A stretch of 64,000 nt of DNA from positions 32,001-96,000 of the forward strand of contig CAWIIV010000006.1 of NCBI GenBank assembly GCA_963836205.1. The letters are read 5' to 3'. Below are positions 29,341 through 39,206 of the stretch, piece by piece (positions within the stretch are counted from its first letter, which is position 1; the number at the start of each line of letters is the position of its first letter). The position numbers and the translations under genes are program-made. The notes below the pieces were generated by a model, which was not told the DNA's origin, searched no databases, and worked only from the letters and a program-made list of their open reading frames with translations. This DNA is from an uncultured Acidimicrobiia bacterium (lineage in GTDB: Bacteria > Actinomycetota > Acidimicrobiia > Acidimicrobiales > AC-14).

Positions 29341-30537
29341 CTAGTTCAGGAGCTCTTGGGTGGTGCCGAGGACGGTGGGCTTGCCGGCCCGGAACTCGTA
29401 GACGAAGACGTCGCCGGCCTTGATGTTGCCGTTGGCCTCGAACTCGATGGTCTTGCCCGCACCCTCGTAGACACCCAGGTTCTCGACGTGGTCGAGCAGG
29501 GCCTCCCGGCTGGTCTTGCCGGCCTTGATGCCCGAGATGAGGATGTTGGCCGCGTCGTAGCCCTCGGTGGAGTAGGTGGCGGGGGCCGTGTTCCACTTGT
29601 CCTGGTAGGCCTTGGCGAACGCACCGAGCGCGCCCGGCGCGTCCTCGGTGGCCAGCTTGCAGGCGCAGGTGACCTGGACACCCTCGGCCGCCGGCGCGCC
29701 GGCCGAGGCCACGAAGCCGACGTCGAGCGAACCGTCGCCGCTCAGGAAGCGGACGTTGACCTGACCGTCGGTGAGCTGCTTCTTGAGCCGGCCCGCCTCC
29801 GAGTAGTAACCGCCGTAGAAGATCATGTCGGGCGGGGGCGTGAGGGCCCGGATCTGGTTGACGACGGCCGAGAAGTCCTGCGACTTGGGGTCGATGACCT
29901 CGTTCAGAACGGTGGCGACGCCCGCCTTCTCCAACGACGCCCGGGTGCCGTCGGCCAGGGCCTTGCCGTAGTCGGCGTTGTCGTTGACGTAGGCCGCGGT
30001 CTTGACCGTGAGCTTCTTGGTCACGTAGTCGGTGACGCCCAGGCCCTGGAGGTCGTCATCGGGGACCAGGCGGTGGAACACGGTCTGCCCGGCGAGCTCG
30101 TTGGGCAGGGCGGTGGCCGTGGCGGACGCGCTCACCATGACCAGGCCCGCCTCCTGCAGCGACGGGATCACGGCCCGGGTCTCGCCCGAGAAGGTGGGAC
30201 CGACCACACCCCGGATGGACGCGTCGTTGATGAACCGGTCCTTCGCGGTGGTGGCCTGGTCGGGGCTGCCCTGGGTGTCGAACGGGACCAGGTCGAATTT
30301 CACGTCGCCGCCGGCGTCGTTGGCCTCATCGACGGCGATCTGTGCGCCCTGGCGGATGTTGATACCGAGGTTGGCGTTGGGTCCGGTGAGGGGACCGACG
30401 AAGGCCAGCTTGTACGTCGTCTGGCCCGACGTCTCCCCTCCCTCGTCGTCGGAGTCACCGCATGCCGCCAGCATCAGGGCGGCCATCGAGACGATGGCTA
30501 CGACCCTCCAGGTCCCAGCCCGGGTCACACGTGACAT
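29341..30537 (-). CDS. livK: Branched-chain amino acid binding lipoprotein
   Basis: Lipobox LAAC; 'GPLTG..A.LG', 'VVGP.FSG', 'YGGYY.EAG'. Confidence 0.88.
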   Translation of the reverse strand: MSRVTRAGTWRVVAIVSMAALMLAACGDSDDEGGETSGQTTYKLAFVGPLTGPNANLGINIRQGAQIAVDEANDAGGDVKFDLVPFDTQGSPDQATTAKDRFINDASIRGVVGPTFSGETRAVIPSLQEAGLVMVSASATATALPNELAGQTVFHRLVPDDDLQGLGVTDYVTKKLTVKTAAYVNDNADYGKALADGTRASLEKAGVATVLNEVIDPKSQDFSAVVNQIRALTPPPDMIFYGGYYSEAGRLKKQLTDGQVNVRFLSGDGSLDVGFVASAGAPAAEGVQVTCACKLATEDAPGALGAFAKAYQDKWNTAPATYSTEGYDAANILISGIKAGKTSREALLDHVENLGVYEGAGKTIEFEANGNIKAGDVFVYEFRAGKPTVLGTTQELLN

Positions 30538-30807
30538 GACTCACACTCCTTTGGAGGATGCGAAGGTGTCGCGGACATTACCCCCGCGGCGTCTCGCGTA
30601 CCCGGGTGCGGCAAATCTGACCCGAGGAGCGAAGAGGATCTCGAGGAGTTGGCGGAGAACATCTGCATCCTCGTCCGGGAGGAGCTCGAGACCCAACACC
30701 GGCTCGAAGGCCACGCGGAGGCGGTGCCGGACTGCGCGGTGCGCGAATCGCGCCGGGTGACGTAGGCAGCCCGCGTTCCCCCGGGCCGCGGTAGGTAGGC
30801 TCCGAGC

Positions 30808-31275
30808 ATGCCCGAGGCACCCGCTGTCGACCCCATGCTCCAGCTGTTCGTCCGCCTGATGAACAACCTCGACGTGCAGCTCGGCGTGACGGTCCTGGTC
30901 GGCGGGTCGTGGGTGACGGGCATCCTCATCCCGCCTCGCACGTTCACCGAGGAGTCGGGGGCGGAGTTGGTGGAGAAGGCGGGCGCCGAGGCGGAGGGAC
31001 TGCAAGTCTTCTTCCGGGAGCTCGGTCGGCACTGGTTCCCGAGCGACGAGGAGCTGGAGGCGGAGACCGCCGCCGGCACCGGCCCCCGTCGCGACGACCG
31101 CCCGTTCCACCTCCACCTCCGCAAGGCGAGGCTGGTGACGACCACGGGGACGATCCCGATGGACGGCGCCTACATGCGCATCCGCCTGGCCGACATCGCC
31201 GGCTGGGTGATCGGAGACTTCTCCGCCACCCATCCCTTCCGCCCGCCAACCCCACCTCAACACACCGACTCGTAA
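30808..31275 (+). CDS. GvpU-like protein
   Basis: 'D.MLQLFV..N...LGVTVLVGG..VTG.LI', 'HLHL..A', 'R.RLADI.GW..G', a pattern recalled for the GvpU family. Confidence 0.55.
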   Translation: MPEAPAVDPMLQLFVRLMNNLDVQLGVTVLVGGSWVTGILIPPRTFTEESGAELVEKAGAEAEGLQVFFRELGRHWFPSDEELEAETAAGTGPRRDDRPFHLHLRKARLVTTTGTIPMDGAYMRIRLADIAGWVIGDFSATHPFRPPTPPQHTDS

Positions 31276-31393
31276 CGGGGGGGGCCGAGGGGGGCCGGGG
31301 GCCGAGTGCGGGGCCGGCCGGGCACAGGGAACCCGGCGGTACAAGGGCGGGCTGGGTCGCCCTCATCGCCAGGGCGGGACGGAAGACGTGGCT

Positions 31394-31474
31394 GACCACG
31401 ACCCGGGCCCGACCACGACCCGGGCCCGACCACGACCCGGGCCCGACCACGACCCGGGCCCGACCACGACCCGG
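31394..31474. repeat. 17-bp tandem repeat (GACCACGACCCGGGCCC) x4.8
   Basis: Exact copies at 31394, 31411, 31428 and 31445, partial at 31462; intergenic. Confidence 0.92.
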
Positions 31475-31537
31475 CCAAAGCGGCTCGAACCCACGCCGAT
31501 GCCCACGACCGGCCAGACTTCGCCACACGCCAGCACC

Positions 31538-32728
31538 TCACGGTGGCAGCTCCGGTGGTGGGTCCCATGTCCATGCTCCCGGGCGGCCGGCCAGGACCCA
31601 GCCCTGATGGGTCTTGAGGGCGTGGTGGCGGTGGCAGAGCCGGGCCAGGTTCTCCAGCGTGGTGGGACCACCCTCGGCGAAGGAGACGAGGTGGTCGATC
31701 TCCAGGCGCTGGCGTACGTCGCAGCCGGGGACGACGCACTTGGGGTCTCTCGTCTCCAGCGCCGAGCGCACGTGGGCGGGGACGGTCCGTCCCCCGTGGG
31801 CCACCGCCACCACGTCGACGCCCCTGGTCACCAGCACCTTCAACACGCCGTCGGTGGCCAGGGCCCGGGCGGTGGCCACCGGGATGGGGCCCAGCCCCGG
31901 GATGTCGCACACCTCACCCTCCTCCACGTGGCCCCGGACCAGCGCTGCGTGGTCGACGCGGACGTGCACCACCGGTACCGGTCCCCTTCCTCCGCCTCCA
32001 CCGCAGGCCAGCGCCACCAGGGCGTCGGCGGCGTAGGCCTCGTAGGGCTCCCGGCGCCCCTCGCCCCGGGCGGTGGCGAAGATCCGCCGCTGGTGGACCT
32101 CCAGCGCGGCCAGCAGCTTGGCCCCGGCGTCGGGACAGAGCCGGGCCTCGAGGCGAAAGGCCCCCTCCTCGTCGCTCCAGTGGCGCAGGAAGCGGTGCTG
32201 GTGGACTCGTCGGTAGCCCTCGGAGGCGGCCGATCCCTCGGCCCGCACCGCCCGGCACCGCTCCTGCAGCGCGGGCAGGGTCTCGGAACCGGCCGCCGCC
32301 ACCAGCTCGGCCTCGCGCTCGGGCCGTTCCCCGGCCACCGAGGCGACCTCCTTCGCCTGGGCCAGCGACAGCTTTCCGGAGCGAAGCGCCTCCTCCGTCG
32401 CCGGCAGCGACTCCAGCCGGCGGGCCGTCTCCAACGCCACCACCGCCGAGCGCAGCGACGAACCCCAGCGGGAGGCCACGAAATGCGCCGCCGAACGAGT
32501 CCCCGAGCCCTGCCAGGCCCGGGTCGCCTCCACCCGCCCCCCGGCCAGCGCCACCCCCGCCGCCCCCAGCCGCTCGACCTCGCCGAACAGCCCCAGCGCC
32601 TCCACCGCCGCCGGCCCGTCGAGCGATCCCGGCTCGAAACCCGACACCATCTCGCGCAGCATCGTCACAAGCTCTGCCAGCCTGCCCCCCGTCCGACCCT
32701 TCCGACATACCCTCATGCTATCGAACAC
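31538..32728 (-). CDS. DUF222 (13E12-repeat) HNH endonuclease
   Basis: C-terminal 'RDPKCVVPGC..EIDH....GGPT..ENLARLC..HH..KT'; helical DUF222-like N-terminus. Confidence 0.88.
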   Translation of the reverse strand: MFDSMRVCRKGRTGGRLAELVTMLREMVSGFEPGSLDGPAAVEALGLFGEVERLGAAGVALAGGRVEATRAWQGSGTRSAAHFVASRWGSSLRSAVVALETARRLESLPATEEALRSGKLSLAQAKEVASVAGERPEREAELVAAAGSETLPALQERCRAVRAEGSAASEGYRRVHQHRFLRHWSDEEGAFRLEARLCPDAGAKLLAALEVHQRRIFATARGEGRREPYEAYAADALVALACGGGGGRGPVPVVHVRVDHAALVRGHVEEGEVCDIPGLGPIPVATARALATDGVLKVLVTRGVDVVAVAHGGRTVPAHVRSALETRDPKCVVPGCDVRQRLEIDHLVSFAEGGPTTLENLARLCHRHHALKTHQGWVLAGRPGAWTWDPPPELPP

Positions 32729-32736
32729 ACGTTCGG
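32721..32736. promoter_or_regulatory. LexA (SOS) box
   Basis: TCGAAC-ACAC-GTTCGG matches the actinobacterial TCGAAC-N4-GTTCGA consensus, at the HNH gene start. Confidence 0.8.
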
Positions 32737-32862
32737 TGTGTCAAGCGATGAGGACAGGATCTCGGCCGACGCGGACCTCCCTCCGGCGGCGGGCAAGGGG
32801 TTCCCAGGAAGCTCTTAGGTTGTGGCTGGGGGGCTCCCAGGGGTGGGGCTGACTATCAGGTC

Positions 32863-33237
32863 ATGAGCATGCAGACCGACCTCCGACCGACTGTTCCTCA
32901 ACCGCCCGAGCCCCGGAAGCCCCGCCGGCTGGCCAACGTGCGCGACCACGCCGCGCCCGAAACCTCGGTTTCGGTGCGCCTGGAGCAGGCGGGGGCGATG
33001 GCCGTGCTGGTGGTGGCCGACGACGGGCCCGGGGTGACGGCGGAGGAGGCGGCCCGCGCCTTCGACCGCTTCTGGCAGGCAGACGGGGACAGTTCCGCCA
33101 GCCGGGGTCACCGGGGCACGGGCCTGGGCCTGTCGATCGTGGCCGAGATCGTGGCCGCCCACGGCGGCGACATCCGCCTCGAGACGGCCCCCGGCACCGG
33201 CGCCACCTTCACCATCACGCTGCCCGTCCGAGGTTGA
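32863..33237 (+). pseudogene. Truncated sensor histidine kinase (HATPase_c only) joined to an unrelated N-terminus
   Basis: 'LANVRDH', 'VADDGPG', 'FDRF', 'GTGLGLSIV', 'HGG', 'GATF'; no HisKA or sensor domain. Confidence 0.7.
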
Positions 33238-33275
33238 CGCCAGGTACCCTGGGACCCGTGCGCCGACGACGTTGA

Positions 33276-35018
33276 TCCCGACCCAAACCTGAGGTTCGCC
33301 GGCTCGGCCGGCTCGCAGTCGGTTGGTCCGCGCTCGCCGACACCATCCCGATCTACCCGCTGTACGCGCTGCTGTTCGCCGACGCCGGGTTGTCGGAAGG
33401 CCGCATCTCCACCCTCTTCCTGCTGTGGTCGGCGGTCGCCATCGTGGCCGAGGTGCCGGGGGGCGCACTCGCCGACCGCTTCTCCCGACGGTCGGCGCTG
33501 GCGGTTGCCTGCGTCTTCCAGGCCGCCGCCTACGTGCTGTGGACGGTCGCTCCCGGCTACGGCGCCTTCGCCGCCGGCTTCGTGGTGTGGGGCCTCGGGG
33601 AGGCCTTCGCCTCGGGAGCGCTGGAGGCACTGCTCTACGACGACCTGCTGGCCCTGGACAGCGAGGACCACTACCCCCGGATCTACGCGCGGGTCACCGC
33701 CGTCGGCCTGGTCTGCCAGCTCCCGACAGCGATCGCCGCCACCCTGCTGTTCGCAACCGGCGGCTACACCCTGGTCGGCTGGGCGAGTGTCGCCTGTTCC
33801 CTGGCCGCGGCGGCCGTCGCCACCCGTCTCCCCGAGCACCGAACGGAGCCCACCCCGGCCGCGACCACAGCCGGCTCGACCCCGCGCCGCGCCACCGGCA
33901 GCCCGGACGACGGCGACACCGAGCCGGAGGCACCGAGCGGGGCCGACACCGTTGTCCGGGCCGGTCACGGCGACGGCAGCAGCCCGGTCGGCGCCGGCCG
34001 AGGCAGGGACACGGACATCGCCGCCCCGACCGAGGTAGGCGCCCCGACCGAGGTAGGCGCCCAGACCGACGCCGCCCCGATCGATGTCGGCGTCCCGATC
34101 GATGTCGGCGTCCCGATCGATGTCGGCGTCCCGACCGAGGTCGGCGTCCCGACCGAGGTCGGCGTCCCGACCGACGTCGGCGTCCCGCCTGAGATCGGCG
34201 TCCCGACCGACGTCGCCGTCCCGACCGGCGTCGGCGTCCCGCCCGAGATCGGCGTCCCGACCGGCCTCCCGGCCTCGGCCGTAGCAGCCGTCGCTACCGG
34301 TAGGGCCGTCGCTACCGGTAGGGCCGTCGCTACCGGTAGGGCCGTCGCTACCGGTAGGGCCGTCGCTACCGGTAGGGCCGTCGCTACCGGTAGGGCCGGC
34401 TACCTCGCCGTCCTCCGCGAGGGGGTGGCGGAGGCAGCGCGCAACCCGGCGGTGCGGGCGGTGGTGGTGGCCGTCGCCGTGCTCACCGGGCTCGACGGCC
34501 TCGAGGAGTATTTCCCGCTGCTGGCCCACGACTGGGGGGTCCCGGCGTCGCTCGTCCCCGTGGCGGTGGTCGGCATCCCCCTGGCGGGCGCGGCCGGGGC
34601 CGCGATCGGCGGCGCCGCCAGCCGCTTCCGACCTCGGACCCTCGCGCTCGTCCTGGTGGCGGCCATCGGCCTGTTCTGCGCCGCCGTCCTCGTCCACCGA
34701 CCGGTGGCGGTGGCCGGGATCGCCCTCTCCTACGGGCTCTACCAGCTCGTCCTGGTCGTCACCACCGCCCGTCTCCAGCCCCGAATCGAGGGCTCGTCCC
34801 GGGCCACGGTGACCTCGGTGGCATCCTTGGGCACGGAGCTCAGCGCCGGACTGCTCCTGGCCGCGTGGGCCCTCGACCGCCGGTGGCTGGTCGCGGCGCT
34901 GGCCCTGGCCGTGGCCTGGGCACTCCCCCACCTGCTCCGGCCCCAGGCCGGCGACGGCGATCTCGCAACCGACCCGACCGGCTCGAAGAGGGGAGTGACG
35001 AGCCGCTCGCGGAAATGA
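33276..35018 (+). CDS. MFS transporter with an expanded repetitive central loop (start uncertain)
   Basis: 'PIYPLYALLF', 'EVPGGALADRFSRR', 'SGALEALLYD', 'EEYFPLLA', 'RATVTSVA'. Confidence 0.82.
   Translation, partial: SRPKPEVRRLGRLAVGWSALADTIPIYPLYALLFADAGLSEGRISTLFLLWSAVAIVAEVPGGALADRFSRRSALAVACVFQAAAYVLWTVAPGYGAFAAGFVVWGLGEAFASGALEALLYDDLLALDSEDHYPRIYARVTAVGLVCQLPTAIAATLLFATGGYTLVGWASVACSLAAAAVATRLPEHRTEPTPAATTAGSTPRRATGSPDDGDTEPEAPSGADTVVRAGHGDGSSPVGAGRGRDTDIAAPTEVGAPTEVGAQTDAAPIDVGVPIDVGVPIDVGVPTEVGVPTEVGVPTDVGVPPEIGVPTDVAVPTGVGVPPEIGVPTGLPASAVAAVATGRAVATGRAVATGRAVATGRAVATGRAVATGRAGYLAVLREGVAEAARNPAVRAVVVAVAVLTGLDGLEEYFPLLAHDWGVPASLVPVAVVGIPLAGAAGAAIGGAASRFRPRTLALVLVAAIGLFCAAVLVHRPVAVAGIALSYGLYQLVLVVTTARLQPRIEGSSRATVTSVASLGTELSAGLLLAAWALDRRWLVAALALAVAWALPHLLRPQAGDGDLATDPTGSKRGVTSRSRK
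34023..34262. repeat. Degenerate 18-bp in-frame tandem repeat (P[TIP][ED][VI]GV, about 12 copies)
   Basis: CCGACCGAGGTCGGCGTC / CCGATCGATGTCGGCGTC units. Confidence 0.88.
34287..34394. repeat. Perfect 18-bp tandem repeat GCCGTCGCTACCGGTAGG x6 (AVATGR)
   Basis: Six identical copies, each containing the palindrome CTACCGGTAG. Confidence 0.95.
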
Positions 35019-35737
35019 CAGCGCTTGTCAGTACGCTCTACGACGTGCAAGGCCAATCGCGCGGACGAATCCTTGTCGTCGACGACGAGGACGACGTGCG
35101 CGCCCTTCTGGCCAGGTACCTCGAGACCGAGGGCTACCAAGTAGACCAGGCCGCCGACGCGCGCAGCGCCTACAAGGCCCTCGCCGAGCACCCGCCCGAC
35201 CTGGTGCTGCTCGACGTGATGCTCTCCCCCGACGACGGCCTCGAGGTTCTGTCCCGCCTCCGCAAGGAGAGTGACGTGGGCGTGATCCTGCTCACCGGCA
35301 AGGGTTCGGAGGCCGACCGGGTCGTCGGGCTGAAGCTCGGCGCAGACGACTACGTGGTCAAGCCGTTCTCCCCGGCGGAGGTGGAGGCCCGCATCGCATC
35401 GGTGCTGCGACGGGTGAGGCCGGCCACCACCACCCCCTCGTTCGACTTCGACGGGCTCTCCATCGACATGGCCACCCGGGAGGTCCGGGTCGGCAACGAG
35501 CTGGTGTCGCTCACGGCGAAGGAGTTCGACCTCCTCGCCTTCCTGGCCTCGTCCCCCCGCCAGGTCTTTTCCCGCGACCAGCTCCTCGACCAGGTCTGGA
35601 ACTCGTCGTCGGAATGGCAGAGCGCGGGCACCGTCACCGAGCACATCCGCCGCCTCCGCAACCGGATCGAACTCGACGTCGACCACCCCCGCTGGATCAC
35701 CACGGTGTGGGGCGTCGGGTACCGCTTCAACCCGTAG
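35015..35737 (+). CDS. OmpR-family response regulator
   Basis: 'ILVVDDE', 'LLDVML', 'GADDYVVKPFS', 'LTAKEFDLL', 'TVWGVGYRF'. Confidence 0.95.
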   Translation: MTALVSTLYDVQGQSRGRILVVDDEDDVRALLARYLETEGYQVDQAADARSAYKALAEHPPDLVLLDVMLSPDDGLEVLSRLRKESDVGVILLTGKGSEADRVVGLKLGADDYVVKPFSPAEVEARIASVLRRVRPATTTPSFDFDGLSIDMATREVRVGNELVSLTAKEFDLLAFLASSPRQVFSRDQLLDQVWNSSSEWQSAGTVTEHIRRLRNRIELDVDHPRWITTVWGVGYRFNP

Positions 35738-35746
35738 AGCCGAGCC

Positions 35747-38420
35747 TCAGCCCTGGCGGCGGCGCTTGGCCTCGTACATGGCCTCGTCCGCCCGGCGGAT
35801 GATCGTCTCCGGCTCCTCGGCCGACCCCCGCCCGAGGGACAGTCCGACACTGGCCGTGACCAGCTCGGTTGCGCTGCCGAGGACCATGGGCCGGGCCACC
35901 GCCTCCTCGATCCGGGCCCGCATCTGGGCCAGGTCCTCGTCGGTGTCGAGCCCGCCGCAGACCACCACGAACTCGTCGCCGCCGATGCGGCCGACGGTGT
36001 CGCCGGGACGGACCGCCCGCGAGAGCCGGCGGGCCATGCGCACCAGCACCTCGTCGCCCGTGTCGTGGCCCCATCGGTCGTTGATCGCCTTGAAGTCGTC
36101 GACGTCGAGGTAGAGCAGCGCCACCCCGCCGCCCGTACGCCCGGCCCGGGCCAGCTCGAGACGGATGCGGTCGAGGAGCAGGGTGCGGTTGGCCAGCCCG
36201 GTCAGGGGGTCGTGCAGCGCCTGCTCCGCGAAACGGGCCTCCAGCGCCTTGCGCTCGATGGCGTGGCGCACCGACCGTGACAGCCGCTGCCCGTCGACGC
36301 TGCCCTTGACCAGGTAGTCCTGCGCCCCCTCGTGGACGGCCTGCAGCCCCAGCTGCTCGTCGGCCAACGAGGTCAGGATGACGATGGGGACCATCGGGTC
36401 GAGCGCCGTCATCTGGGCCAGCGAGTCCAGGCCCTGGCCGTCGGGCAGGAAGAGATCGAGCAGGATGCAGTCGGCGGGATGGCGGTCGAGCTCGGTTCTG
36501 GCACCGGCCAGGTCCCGGGCCCGCCGCAGCCGGTAGGCCCCCTCGGCCCCGCCCGCCAGGATCTCCTCGACCAGGCGGGCGTGGTCGTCGTCGTCCTCCA
36601 CCAGGAGGAGGTCGAACCCGCCGTCGGGCATGGGAGCGCCCCGCCCCCCCGCACCGGGCGTGGCCGCCGGCACGATTGGCATCGGCGAGGGGCGGACGGC
36701 AGCCGCGGCGGCGGTGGGACCCGCCACGGCGGGACCGGCACCGGCGGTGGGACCGGCCGGGGCGGCGATGCCTCCGGCGGGACCGGGGCCGGCGAGCCCC
36801 GAACCGGAGGCGGCCTCGGTGAGGTCGTCGAGATTGTGGGCGCCCACCTCGTCGGGGACGGTGAAGCGGAAGCGGCTGCCGCCGCCCGGGTTCTCCTCCA
36901 CCCAAAGGGATCCACCCCGCTGCTCGACGATCCGCTTGCCGATCGCCAGGCCGATGCCGGTGCCTTCGTAGTCGTTGCGGTGCAGGCGTTGGAACATCCC
37001 GAAGATGTGGTCGCGGTGTTGGGGATCGATGCCGATGCCGTTGTCGGTGACGTCGATGCACCAGGCATTGACCATCCGTGACGCCGACACCCGGATCCGG
37101 GGCTGGGTGCCGGGGGCCACGAACTTGAGCCCGTTGGCCACCAGGTCGTGGAGGAGATGGACGAAGAGCGGCGGGTCGCCGGTGACCACCGGCAGCGCCT
37201 CGTGCTCGACCGACCCGCCGGAGGCGGCGATCTCGGCCTCGAAGCGAGGCCACCACCTCGTCGACCACGCCGTCGAGCGCCACCGGCACGTGCGGCCGCC
37301 GCTCGGCGCCGACCTTGGCGTAAGCCAGGAGGTCGTCGATGAGGACGTTCATGCGCACCGCGCTGCGGAGGATGAACCCCAGGAACTCCTGGCCCCGCTC
37401 GTCGAGGGTGTCGGCCTGGGTCTGCTCCAGCAGGCCGGCGAAGCCGGAGATGACCTGCAGGGGGGACTTGAGATCGTGGGCGGCGACGGTGGCGAACTGG
37501 GCCAACTCGGCGTTGGAGCGGGCCAGCTCCTTCTCGTAGCGCTCCCGCAACTCCTCGGCCTGGGCGCTGGCGGCCTCGGCCAGCTTGCGATCGGTGACGT
37601 CGAGCGCCTGGCAGATGAAGCGCTCGGGCGACCCGTCGTCGTCGCGCACCAGCGACCAGGTCAGCACCGTCCAGGCGATACGGCAGTCGGAGCGAACGAA
37701 GCGGTGCTCGTCCTGGACCCGGAGCCCGAGTCCTCGACGCCCAGCAGGCGCCGACGCAGCCCGGCACCACGCTCGACGTCGCCCGGATGGCTGATCGCAT
37801 CAATCCCGGAACCGAGAATCTCGGCCATGGGCCGGGCCACGATGCGACAAAAGGCGTCGTTCACCTTCTGGAACCGGCCTTGGAGATCGACGAGGGCCAT
37901 TCCGATGGGCGCGTGGTCGAACGCCAGGCGGAACCACTCCTGGCCCGGGTGACCGACATCGCCCCACGAGTCGAAGCCATCGGGGACGGGCGCCCCCGCG
38001 TCGCCCCCGTCGGGCAGCCGGCACGCATCCACCAAGCGCTCGACCAGCGACTCCGACAGCAGCCGCTTCTCGATGAAGGCGTCGGCCCCCGACGCCAGGG
38101 CCTGGTCACGTACCCGGCCGGGGTCGATCGCCGACAGGACCACGATTCGAGTCGAGGGTGAGGTGCGGCGGATGTCGGGGATCGCCGCCAGCCCGTCCAG
38201 CACCGGCATGGCCAGGTCGAGCAGGACCACGTCGGGGTGGTAGGCGCCGGCCATCCGCACCGCCTCCTCGCCGTCGCTCGCCTCGCCGACGATCTCGAAG
38301 GCGGCGGAGTCTTCCAGCATCCGCCGGAGCAGGGCCCGCATGGCCGAGGCGTCGTCGGCGATGACTACCCGGAGCCGGTCGCCGGGCGGTGCGTCGGCGA
38401 GATCGGTCGGATTCCCACAT
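35747..38420 (-). CDS. Hybrid REC-PAS-HisKA-HATPase-REC-GGDEF protein (about 3 indels)
   Basis: 'RVVIADD..LLDLAMP.LDG' REC; 'FDHAPIGMA' PAS; 'AAHDLKSPL' HisKA; 'GTGIGLAI' HATPase in frame with 'LLVEDD..LLDL.LPD' REC and 'HDPLTGLANR..RIGGDEF'. Confidence 0.8.
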
Positions 38421-38683
38421 GGTGGCTGCCATTCTCACGTGGATGACCACCCTCGACGCCATCCGGCCCCGCCAGCGCCAGTTGACACCGAGCTCGTCAC
38501 CCGGGTCGATGCCATCTCCCGCTCCTCGTCCCATCCAGCGGCGGGCGGGGCCGATCCCCATCCTGACGCCTGCCATGGAACGTTCGGGTGTCGACATCAA
38601 CCGCCCCACCACGAACTCTCAAAATCCTCGCAACTCTGAGAGTTGGATTGTCGGTTTCGGCGGACTGGGCGCCGGCGTCGTGC

Positions 38684-38977
38684 TTATCGGGAGACTGGCC
38701 GCCGGCCCGCCCGCCAGATCCGGCGCAGGCGGCGACGCTCCTCCTCGTCCGTGCCGCCCCAGATGCCCGCCTCCTGGTTGGTCTCGAAGGCGAACTGCAG
38801 GCAGGCGGTCTGCACCGGGCAGCGCCGGCACACCGCTTTGGCCGCCTGGATCTGCTCAACCGCGACCCCGGTCGTCCCCACCGGGAAGAACTGGTTGGCG
38901 TCCGACAGGCGGCAGGCGGCATCGACTCGCCAGCCCTCTTTGTCCCAGTCGAAACTTGGGCTCCACGTCACTGCCAC
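38684..38977 (-). CDS. whiB: WhiB-family Fe-S transcription factor (WhiB1-like)
   Basis: 'W...AAC...D...FFP.G..AKAVCRRCPV...C..GIWGG..E.ERR'. Confidence 0.95.
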   Translation of the reverse strand: MAVTWSPSFDWDKEGWRVDAACRLSDANQFFPVGTTGVAVEQIQAAKAVCRRCPVQTACLQFAFETNQEAGIWGGTDEEERRRLRRIWRAGRRPVSR

Positions 38978-38978
38978 T

Positions 38979-39174
38979 CAGACCTCTCCTGCGATCGTCC
39001 AACGGTTGGACGCTGCCGGGGTCCGGGGCAACGACCTTCGCAGTTTAGGAGATCGCGGGGGTCTAAGGTCGAGGCGGGACCGATTCGGTCTCCCAGCGAT
39101 GCTCCAGATCCCGGCAGCGCGCGCCCGTCGCCGCTCCAACCGATCAGGACGTCTGGATGACCGCATGAGGTCTG
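38979..39174. promoter_or_regulatory. Divergent promoters whose two leaders share a repeated hairpin motif
   Basis: Five sequence blocks appear in mirror image; TAAGGT (+, 39064) and TAAACT (-, 39047) -10-like hexamers lie in the centre. Confidence 0.6.
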
Positions 39175-39206
39175 TCTGTCTCTCAGGTCCGGGTTGGGCC
39201 GCGCCG

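Noticed and set aside
31394-34394. Tandem repeats as CRISPR arrays
   Set aside because: The units are contiguous without unique spacers, and there are no cas genes
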